Source: Verrucomicrobiota bacterium (GTDB lineage: Bacteria > Verrucomicrobiota > Verrucomicrobiia > Opitutales > Cerasicoccaceae). From it: 64,000 bases of DNA. The stretch is from positions 8,302 to 72,301 of the forward strand of contig JBCBUK010000004.1 in assembly GCA_039818205.1 (NCBI GenBank), given 5' to 3'. Positions 23,125-30,385 of the stretch are shown piece after piece. Every line of letters begins with the position of its first letter. Positions within the stretch are counted from its first letter, which is position 1. The notes below the pieces were generated by a model. The model saw only the letters and a list, made by a program, of their open reading frames with translations, had not been told where the DNA came from and made no database searches. A program made the translations under genes and the position numbers.

Positions 23125-23964
23125 TTAACTTTGCGCTGCAAAGAAAGGATTGTGGTTGAGTTCGTTTTCGACGGTGGTCAAGGGACCATGGCCTGCGCAG
23201 ATAATTGTATTCCCGGGGAGGCCCAAAATGTGTTCGCGAATTAGTTTCAGCGTTCGGAGGTAGTCTCCGCGGACACCACCGATGGACGCGCAAAAAATGG
23301 CATCACCGACGATTGCAACCGGACGCTCCAGGCCTTCGATGAGGTAGCTGGTGCTGCCCGGGGAGTGCCCACTGGTTTCGTGGGCGGTAACGGTCAAGCT
23401 GCTTAGATTGAAGCCCTGGCCTTCGCTCAATGTATCTGCACCCGCAATGGCTTCATTTGGGTGGACGAAGACCTTGCCGCCAGGCGCCAGATGGGATGTT
23501 AGCTCTTCTAGGTCGGCAATGTGGTCGTTGTGGGTGTGGGTGAGAAAAATATAGGATAGTTTTTGGGCTTTGCCTTGCAAAGTTTTAATAAGGCCCTTTG
23601 CGCTGGCACCCGTATCGAACGCCGCCGCTTCGCCGGTCGACGGATCCACCACAAGGTAGGCGTTTACCGTCATTTCTTCATAGCCTGGGAGTGGAAAGGG
23701 CGTATTATCTGAGTACAATCCATCCAAGTGAATTTCTTCAGGTTGCCAATCGTGTTGCCCTAAAGATACCAGAGCGGATGGGGCTAGGCGAAGGTGTGGC
23801 GCGATGGCTCGAGCAGCGTCCGCATTGAATTTGCCTTTGCGGAGGTCGCGGATGATCCCGCGATCAACGCCAGTCAGCTCACTGAGGTCGCCATCGCTGA
23901 TGCCGAGGCCGGATTGTGCCTTGTTAATGACGTCTTCGACTTCGTCTTCGATTCGAATTTGCAT
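23125..23964 (-). CDS. MBL-fold metallo-hydrolase with N-terminal XRE-like HTH
   Basis: THTHNDH, GHSPG, GDAIF, AGHGPLTT..E..HNPF; N-terminal SDGDLSELTGVDRGIIRDL. Start chosen at MQIRIED. Confidence 0.85.
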   Translation of the reverse strand: MQIRIEDEVEDVINKAQSGLGISDGDLSELTGVDRGIIRDLRKGKFNADAARAIAPHLRLAPSALVSLGQHDWQPEEIHLDGLYSDNTPFPLPGYEEMTVNAYLVVDPSTGEAAAFDTGASAKGLIKTLQGKAQKLSYIFLTHTHNDHIADLEELTSHLAPGGKVFVHPNEAIAGADTLSEGQGFNLSSLTVTAHETSGHSPGSTSYLIEGLERPVAIVGDAIFCASIGGVRGDYLRTLKLIREHILGLPGNTIICAGHGPLTTVENELNHNPFFAAQS

Positions 23965-24013
23965 GGGGGAATAGGATTGCAGGTGGGCGGGTTGAAGCTT
24001 TGTCTCACGCCGC

Positions 24014-24961
24014 ATGAAGACAAGGGGAAAAGTCATTTTGCCGATTTGTCTACTCGGCCTGATAATTTTCTTGGGCGGTTGTGTTAGCAATGATCACACC
24101 GTTCGGGAAGTGTTTTTTGATGTTCCTCGTCAAGGTCAAGTCGGGCTTCAACCGATTGGTGAGTTGCCCGCCATGATCGACGAATCGTCGGGTCTTGTGC
24201 AGAGCGGCCGCTTAGAAGACGTATTCTGGACGCATAATGACAGCGGTGACCAGCCTCGCTTATTCGCGATCGACGCGATCGGGGAATTGATTTCCCCGGA
24301 ATCGGGCGTGGTCATTACCAATGCGCAGAATCGCGATTGGGAAGGGATCGCCAAGGATTTTCAAGGAAACCTGCTGATCGGGGATTTCGGCAACAACGCG
24401 AACAAACGGCAGGACTTAACGATCTATGTGCTGCCCGAGCCTGACCCGCGTGTTGCGACGCGGTCAACGGCCACGGCACAATGGCGTATTCACTACCCCG
24501 ACCAAGAGGAATTCCCGCCAGCCCGGAACAACTTCGACTGCGAGGCAATGTTTGTTTCCGACGGAGAGATTTATCTCGTGACTAAGCATCGGGCGGATTC
24601 CATGGCGACCCTTTATCGTCTGGATACGCGGGATGAGAACAGGTCGAATGAGCTCACCTTGCTATCGCGGATGAATGTGAGGGGCCAGGTAACTGCCGCC
24701 GATTCCTGGAACGACGGCGAGCGTGTTGCTCTTCTGACTTACATGGGTGTCTGGGTCTTTGACCCGCCCGATCGCGATGGATCGCGCCTGGTTGAGGGCA
24801 GAATTCTTTGGCTACCGATTCGGGCATTTCAGGCCGAGGCTGTTGCATTTCTGGATCGTGATAATCTCATGATCACGAATGAGCAGCGAGGCGTCTATCA
24901 CTTGCCAATTTCAGAGATGAAGGCGGTGACGGTCCGTACGGGGTCAGTTTTCGGTGATTGA
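24014..24961 (+). CDS. Hypothetical lipoprotein, beta-propeller-like
   Basis: Lipobox LGGC; ESSGL, WTHNDSG, NRDWE, IGDFGNN, NFDCEA, QAEAV. Confidence 0.75.
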   Translation: MKTRGKVILPICLLGLIIFLGGCVSNDHTVREVFFDVPRQGQVGLQPIGELPAMIDESSGLVQSGRLEDVFWTHNDSGDQPRLFAIDAIGELISPESGVVITNAQNRDWEGIAKDFQGNLLIGDFGNNANKRQDLTIYVLPEPDPRVATRSTATAQWRIHYPDQEEFPPARNNFDCEAMFVSDGEIYLVTKHRADSMATLYRLDTRDENRSNELTLLSRMNVRGQVTAADSWNDGERVALLTYMGVWVFDPPDRDGSRLVEGRILWLPIRAFQAEAVAFLDRDNLMITNEQRGVYHLPISEMKAVTVRTGSVFGD

Positions 24962-25684
24962 GTAGTCCGTCAGCCACGCCTCAGCCGCCGATTGCACTGC
25001 CTTGGTGTCCTGGCAAAGCCATCGGGTAAAGATACGTTCCTGCTCCTCAGCGCTCAACCGCCATGAGAGCTTTGTTTTTCGCAGGCGCTGGGTGAGTTCG
25101 TAAAGGCACAGCGAGCTGAAGACCGAGAGGTTATAGCTCTGCGTAAATCCATGCATTGGAAGTTTGAACCAATAGTCGGCTGCTTCATGTGCCTCCTGGG
25201 AAAGTCCACGGCGTTCGTGGCCAATTAGAATCGCCAACGGCCGATCAAGGGGAATCTCGTCGAGCGGGATCGCTTCCGGACGCAGGGTGGCTGCAGCCAG
25301 CTGATAGCCATTGTCCCGAAGTGTCTCCAAGCATGGGGTGGTGCTTTGGTAACGTTCGACGTCGATCCACTTGGCGCCGCCCATGGCGACCTGATTGCTA
25401 ATCTTGAATTTTCGAGAAATCTCGACGACGTGCACGGTTTGCACCCCAAAACACTCACAGGTCCGGAGGACCGCTGAGCTGTTATGGGGCTGGAAAATGT
25501 CCTCCAAAACGACGGAAAGGTGCTGGGTGCGCTCGGTTAATACGCGTCGCATGTCTTGAACCCGCCGTTCGTGCTCGCGAGTAAGGATCAGACGCTCCTG
25601 GAGTGCCGCAAGGTCTTTCAGTGGCAGCGATTCAAGCGCGGTTACTAGTTCCTCCGGCAGGGGATCGAAAACGGGATTCGGCAT
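24944..25684 (-). CDS. TrmH/SpoU family RNA 2'-O-methyltransferase
   Basis: VVLEDIFQPHNSSAVLRTCECFG, GHERRGLS, LPMHGFTQSYNLSV. Confidence 0.9.
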   Translation of the reverse strand: MPNPVFDPLPEELVTALESLPLKDLAALQERLILTREHERRVQDMRRVLTERTQHLSVVLEDIFQPHNSSAVLRTCECFGVQTVHVVEISRKFKISNQVAMGGAKWIDVERYQSTTPCLETLRDNGYQLAAATLRPEAIPLDEIPLDRPLAILIGHERRGLSQEAHEAADYWFKLPMHGFTQSYNLSVFSSLCLYELTQRLRKTKLSWRLSAEEQERIFTRWLCQDTKAVQSAAEAWLTDYSITEN

Positions 25685-25840
25685 TTAGTTTCTAAAATTG
25701 CAGTCGATTTCCTTGGTGAAACGACTTGGGAGGACTATTTAAATTGAAAAACGATTCCGCAATACGCTATTTTATCCCTTGACTCCTGAGCAGAAATGAC
25801 CTTTTTTCCTCTGCTTTTTCCGAATCCTTTCATATTCACT

Positions 25841-26041
25841 ATGCCAGTTGATGTTAAAATCCGTAAGGGCGAGCCAATGGAGAAGGCTCTTCGCCGCTTG
25901 AAGAAGAAACTCGACCGCGAAGGCGTCATTCGTGACGTTCGCGCCAAGCGTTACTTTGAAAAGCCCTGCGAAGTTCGTCGCCGCAAGCGCAAGGTTGCTG
26001 CATTTACCAATATGCTGCGCCAGCGCTACGAGAATCAGTAG
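25841..26041 (+). CDS. rpsU: 30S ribosomal protein bS21
   Basis: MPVDVKIRKGEPMEKALRRLKKK...RYFEKP. Confidence 0.95.
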   Translation: MPVDVKIRKGEPMEKALRRLKKKLDREGVIRDVRAKRYFEKPCEVRRRKRKVAAFTNMLRQRYENQ

Positions 26042-26067
26042 TTGATTCCGATACCAAGCTTTTCTGG

Positions 26068-26098
26068 ACCGGTAAGGTGTTTTTCCTTGCCGGTTTTT
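26068..26098 (+). terminator. Rho-independent terminator of rpsU
   Basis: ACCGGTAAGG-N7-CCTTGCCGGT followed by a T run. Confidence 0.75.
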
Positions 26099-26282
26099 GC
26101 GTTTTTAGGGTGATTGCCGGGGGCGATGTCACCGATTATTGGCAAAGGCTCGTAAAAACCCAGTTCAGGTGAACACGAGAGCTTGCGTTCTTAGGTTCTT
26201 ATCCTAAACACTTGAAGGCGAACTGCTCCGGTTGCGTGGGTGCCACAGACGAAACCCATGTGAAATTTAACAATCTGCTGTC

Positions 26283-26948
26283 ATGAAATCATTCAATGGG
26301 CTAATTTTCGGATCCTTACTTGCCGCGCTTATACTCCAAAGCGGGTGTGGCCGAGTGAACGATTTTTTTGAGCGCGAGCACGCCTTGATGCCGCTCAAAG
26401 AACAATACTTTAACGGGGAACTCGATAGTCGTGAGTACCGCCAAAAGAAGAAGCAGCTCCTCGAAGACATGGAGCGCGCCGAGGCGCGCAAGAAAATGGA
26501 GAAGCGAGACGCGAAGATCTATCACTCCGAAGACTCTCACACAGAGACCATGATGGAGCAGGATAAGATGCAGGCTGAATCCAGCGCCGAAATCATGAAG
26601 GAGGACGATGAGATCATGGCCGAGGCTGAGCCAGAGATGGCACCGGAGCCTTACGTTGCTCCCGAGTCTTATCAAGTTTCGCCAAACATCACGATCGATA
26701 ACGCGATGTTGAGTCGCAGTATTGAGCAGCAAAAGATGGGCGTCACTTCGAGCCCAGCTCCAGTTGCACCAGTCCAGCCGGTTCAGCCAATGCAAACGGC
26801 ACCGGTTACCAGTGGCGGGCAGGAGATGATCTCTGATAGCCACGACATCCGTTGGAAGAAGGATCACGATGGAGCGATCATCTACGAAGACAAGAGCGTT
26901 GATGAGCTCGACAAGCAAGTGATCCAGCCGGGTTCGACGGCAAACTAG
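26283..26948 (+). CDS. Hypothetical lipoprotein with SHOCT-like motif
   Basis: Lipobox LQSGC; LKEQYFNGELDSREYRQKKKQLL. Confidence 0.7.
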   Translation: MKSFNGLIFGSLLAALILQSGCGRVNDFFEREHALMPLKEQYFNGELDSREYRQKKKQLLEDMERAEARKKMEKRDAKIYHSEDSHTETMMEQDKMQAESSAEIMKEDDEIMAEAEPEMAPEPYVAPESYQVSPNITIDNAMLSRSIEQQKMGVTSSPAPVAPVQPVQPMQTAPVTSGGQEMISDSHDIRWKKDHDGAIIYEDKSVDELDKQVIQPGSTAN

Positions 26949-27023
26949 TGATTCATTGCTGTTTGTAATGATTGCCTGATGCGGACTTGACGCCGTCCAA
27001 GGCAGATTCAGTCAAATATTTTT

Positions 27024-27053
27024 ACGCCCGCCATTTTGGCGGGCGTTTTTTTT
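27024..27053 (+). terminator. Rho-independent terminator
   Basis: ACGCCCGCCA-TTT-TGGCGGGCGT followed by T7. Confidence 0.9.
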
Positions 27054-27089
27054 GCAGGTCTCCAGCAATAGTGATCAGGATTGTGCAGG

Positions 27090-27833
27090 CTAGTCGGAGT
27101 ATTCTTTTGATGCCCCCAGGAGGTATTCGTGGTTTCCGTCTCCACCGACTACGGGGCAATCGATCGACCCAATGACTCTCGCGCCAGGCAGTTGCTTCGC
27201 GGTGCCGATGACTTGATTCAGGGCAGCTTGTCGGTCGCTCTCCTGCCGAATAATGCCTTTGCCGCGTTTGACGACTGCTTTGGAGGATTCGAACTGAGGT
27301 TTGACGAGCATAATCAGGATGCCGCTCGGTGATACGCGGTTCCAAATTGGATCTAGGACTTTGGTCAGTGAGATAAATGAGAGGTCCGCGACCACGATCG
27401 GATAGTGCGGGTAGGGCAGTTCAATCGCGTCGAGGTCCTTAGCGTTGATCCCTTCTAGGTTATCAATACTTGGATTGCTGGAGATTTTTGGGTGGAGCTG
27501 GCGGTGCCCGACGTCAATGCAAGTCACGTGTGTTGCCCCGCCTTGAAGGAGGCAGTCGGTGAACCCTCCAGTCGAGGCGCCGACATCAAGACAATGCTGG
27601 CCCTCGATGCGCAATGGGTGCCTCTCCAGCCATGCGGCCAGCTTGTCACCGCCACGTGAAACAAATCGCAACGGTTCTGTGACTATGAGCTCAGACGCGT
27701 CAATGATCATCTGGCTGGGCTTTTTGACCGGCGTTCCGTCTGCGAACGTGACCTTTCCTCCCTTAATCAGTCGCTGTGCCGCAGATCGAGAATCCACCTG
27801 TCCGGTTGATACTAATTTCTCATCTGCGCGCAT
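27090..27833 (-). CDS. tlyA: TlyA family rRNA 2'-O-methyltransferase
   Basis: S4-like N-terminus, FVSRGGDKL, LDVGASTGGFTDCLL, DLSFISL, LVKPQFE, GNHEYL. Confidence 0.93.
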   Translation of the reverse strand: MRADEKLVSTGQVDSRSAAQRLIKGGKVTFADGTPVKKPSQMIIDASELIVTEPLRFVSRGGDKLAAWLERHPLRIEGQHCLDVGASTGGFTDCLLQGGATHVTCIDVGHRQLHPKISSNPSIDNLEGINAKDLDAIELPYPHYPIVVADLSFISLTKVLDPIWNRVSPSGILIMLVKPQFESSKAVVKRGKGIIRQESDRQAALNQVIGTAKQLPGARVIGSIDCPVVGGDGNHEYLLGASKEYSD

Positions 27834-27985
27834 GGAGGGATTGTGGTCGAATTGGTGGGGCACGGTGGCGGGACCTTATCTGTGATTCAGTGGGTTATTC
27901 GCAGTTATTGCCAAGTTATTCACATAAATTGGCCACAAAATACGTCAAAATCGTGACGTACACTGGAATTGCGAGCAGAAAATCA

Positions 27986-28027
27986 TTGACTTGTGGGGCA
28001 AAGTGGGGTGATTTGGGTCGCAGTGGA
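27986..28027 (+). promoter_or_regulatory. dcw promoter with four MraZ-binding direct repeats
   Basis: TTGACT (-35-like) at 27986, then GTGGG 27993, GTGGG 28003, TTGGG 28013 and GTGGA 28023, exactly 10 bp apart. Confidence 0.8.
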
Positions 28028-28051
28028 GTTAAGTCACTTAGCGCATTCACC

Positions 28052-28510
28052 ATGATCGATTTCAACCAGGGCCTTTATGCAGGGGAGTTCCGACACAATC
28101 TGGACTCTAAGCGGAGGCTCACGGTCCCATCAAAGTGGCGATGCGACGGAGATGATGAACAAACCTTCCTCGCATTCCCCGATCCCGCAGGCTGCGTCAC
28201 GGTTTATCCACCCCGGATGGTCGCTCAGCTGCAGGAGAAAATTTCGAATATCAGCATTGGCGATAAGAAGGGTCGGCGCGCGATCACCCGCTTGCTCGCA
28301 GCTGCTGATAGCTTCCATTTCGACAAGAGCGGGCGCATGAACATCAACGACCGACTCTTCCAGCACGCTGGAATCGAGAAGGAAGTCGTCTTAGCCGGCA
28401 CCGTTAACTTTTTCCAACTATGGTCTCCAGATGCCTACGAAGCATACGTTTCCTCGGCGGACGAAGAAGATGGCGACCTGAGCGATATCCTCGCCGATCT
28501 CGGTTTTTAA
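28052..28510 (+). CDS. mraZ: dcw cluster transcriptional repressor
   Basis: GEFRHNLDSKRRLTVPSKWR and second repeat DKSGRMNI...QLWS; first gene of the dcw cluster. Confidence 0.93.
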   Translation: MIDFNQGLYAGEFRHNLDSKRRLTVPSKWRCDGDDEQTFLAFPDPAGCVTVYPPRMVAQLQEKISNISIGDKKGRRAITRLLAAADSFHFDKSGRMNINDRLFQHAGIEKEVVLAGTVNFFQLWSPDAYEAYVSSADEEDGDLSDILADLGF

Positions 28511-28529
28511 TTTTTATCCAAGCAGTATC

Positions 28530-28733
28530 ATGAAAATCAGTAAACAACTCTATAACGCCGGAGTGCTGGGCCGCCAACGTTCCGGACCGACCGAATGGCA
28601 ATTCGATCGTCCGCGACGTCCGCTAGCCCGCCAAGATCTTAGCTTCCTGAATGATGTTTCCCGTGAGGAGACATCGACCAAGGTCTCTGCGCGCGGTTGG
28701 AGAGTTCTGGCTCATGTGCTTCACCTCCGTTAA
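28530..28733 (+). CDS. Small Arg-rich hypothetical protein (67 aa) inside the dcw operon
   Basis: ATG-started ORF filling the mraZ-rsmH gap (19 bp and 28 bp spacers). Confidence 0.55.
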   Translation: MKISKQLYNAGVLGRQRSGPTEWQFDRPRRPLARQDLSFLNDVSREETSTKVSARGWRVLAHVLHLR

Positions 28734-28761
28734 TGGAACCCTTATCCGATGTCTGGTCGCA

Positions 28762-29691
28762 ATGAAAGGACACCTTCCAGTACTGTTGAAGGAGGTGCTG
28801 GAGTGCTTCGCGCCCATTCGGGACGGGAGCTATTTGGACGGAACCTTCGGCGGGGGCGGTCACACGACCGCGATCTTGGAAGCCAATCAGTCGGCGCGAG
28901 TGATTGGTCTGGACTGCGACCCTGCCGCACAAACGCGCGCCGACTGCTTACGGGAGCATTATCCCGATCGTTTTTCGTTCTTTGATTTAAATTTCCGCAA
29001 ACTGGACAAACTGACGCAAACTGGGTTCGCCGGGGTCCTCTTGGACCTCGGTGTTTCCTCGTTTCAACTCGATCAGTTTGACCGGGGATTTTCGTTTCGT
29101 GAAAACGCACCTGCTGACATGCGGCTTGATCCGCGTAAAGGGCAGTCTGCGGCTGACTTTCTCGAATCCGCCAGCCGGGAGGAGCTCACCCACGCGATCC
29201 GCGACCATGGGGAGGAAAAACAGTGGCGTCGTGTGGTCGACTCCATCCTAGCTGCGCGCGGTTCGGGCAAACTGCAATCAACTGCGTCTTTGGCGGAGTT
29301 GATTGCTGATTCGGTCGGACCTAAACGTCGACATGAGCGCATCCACCCGGCAACGAAATCGTTCCAAGGGGTTCGGATCGCGGTCAACGACGAGCTCGGT
29401 GCCATTGAAGAGGCTCTACCCAAAGCCTTCGACGCCTTGGCACCTGGTGGGGTTCTAGCGATTATCAGCTTCCATTCACTGGAAGACCGTTTGGTAAAGC
29501 GATTTTTCAATCGGGTTACTGGACGTCCTGAGCACGCCAATGATTCGCGCACCTTGGAAGAGCGTACGCAGCTCGCTGAGCGTCTCACCCGTAAACCGAT
29601 CACTGCCATCGAGGCAGAGATTGCGGAAAATCCACGCAGTCGTTCAGCCAAGCTGCGCGCTGTGCGGAAACTTCACTCGATCCCCCAATGA
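28762..29691 (+). CDS. rsmH: 16S rRNA m4C1402 methyltransferase
   Basis: HLPVLL, DGTFGGGGH, DLGVSSFQLD..RGFSF, HPATKSFQ, ISFHSLEDR, NPRSRSAKLR. Confidence 0.96.
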   Translation: MKGHLPVLLKEVLECFAPIRDGSYLDGTFGGGGHTTAILEANQSARVIGLDCDPAAQTRADCLREHYPDRFSFFDLNFRKLDKLTQTGFAGVLLDLGVSSFQLDQFDRGFSFRENAPADMRLDPRKGQSAADFLESASREELTHAIRDHGEEKQWRRVVDSILAARGSGKLQSTASLAELIADSVGPKRRHERIHPATKSFQGVRIAVNDELGAIEEALPKAFDALAPGGVLAIISFHSLEDRLVKRFFNRVTGRPEHANDSRTLEERTQLAERLTRKPITAIEAEIAENPRSRSAKLRAVRKLHSIPQ

Positions 29692-29822
29692 TCATGAATA
29701 GCTCAGACCACATCTGGAATATGATCAAGCGACGCCCAACGACCCAACTCGCGGTACGCCGATTTCGCCGAACCGTCTTGCGTCAGCTCGTTGCTTTGCC
29801 TGCTCGTCAGGACCGCCGTTAA
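29688..29822 (+). CDS. Candidate 44-aa Arg-rich small protein (below the ORF-track cutoff)
   Basis: ATGA overlap with the rsmH stop; MIMNSSDHIWNMIKRRPTTQLAVRRFRRTVLRQLVALPARQDRR; ends 18 bp before the next gene. Confidence 0.45.
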   Translation: MIMNSSDHIWNMIKRRPTTQLAVRRFRRTVLRQLVALPARQDRR

Positions 29823-29840
29823 TTTCAACACCTTTTAGTC

Positions 29841-30374
29841 ATGACCCATTATACAAACAATCTAAGTCTTTGCCGCCTGACTGCATTCGCCCTCGGATTC
29901 CTGATCCTGGCCATTGCAGCCGGAGGGGCCTTTGGCGTGGTTTGGATGCGTAAGAGCGTGGCTGAAAGTGCACACAACACCGCCGTGATTGAACGGCATA
30001 TCAAGCAGGCCGAGCGTCGTTCCGCTGCGCTGGAAGCTCGTATTGCGAAGGCGCATAGCCCGCAATATCTGGCTTCTCGGGTGCCTGCCTATCTCCGCCC
30101 GACCGAGACCTCTCAAATTGTCTGGATGCCTGCGGCCAAACCGCTGTCACCCGTTGACTACCACGATCCAACGCTGGAGCAAAAGCAAGCGGTTACGGTC
30201 GTGGCTGAGAAGACCTCTGCACCGCGGGCACCGCATCAAGTCGCCGACGCCGCTGCACCGCGGGCACCTGTCGCTTCGGCAGAATCTACGCCCGGCGAAG
30301 ATTCACCGCTATCCATTTCTTTCGACCTTGCACTAATCAACCGTCAACGAGCTGCGGGAACAAATTCGCCGTAG
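29841..30374 (+). CDS. FtsL-like bitopic division protein with long C-terminal extension
   Basis: Position between rsmH and ftsI; one TM helix followed by a coiled coil ending in SPQYL. Confidence 0.65.
   Translation: MTHYTNNLSLCRLTAFALGFLILAIAAGGAFGVVWMRKSVAESAHNTAVIERHIKQAERRSAALEARIAKAHSPQYLASRVPAYLRPTETSQIVWMPAAKPLSPVDYHDPTLEQKQAVTVVAEKTSAPRAPHQVADAAAPRAPVASAESTPGEDSPLSISFDLALINRQRAAGTNSP
30217..30268 (+). repeat. 16-bp direct repeat within the FtsL-like gene
   Basis: CTGCACCGCGGGCACC at 30217-30232 and 30253-30268, encoding APRAP twice. Confidence 0.85.
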
Positions 30375-30385
30375 ACTCCTAACTA

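Noticed and set aside
27090..27833. tlyA as a hemolysin or virulence factor
   Set aside because: The motifs are those of the housekeeping rRNA methyltransferase; there is no pathogenicity context.
27776..28761. Long N-terminal extensions of mraZ (27776) and rsmH (28651) in the ORF track
   Set aside because: They run through the promoter boxes or the small ORF; family homology begins at 28052 and 28762.
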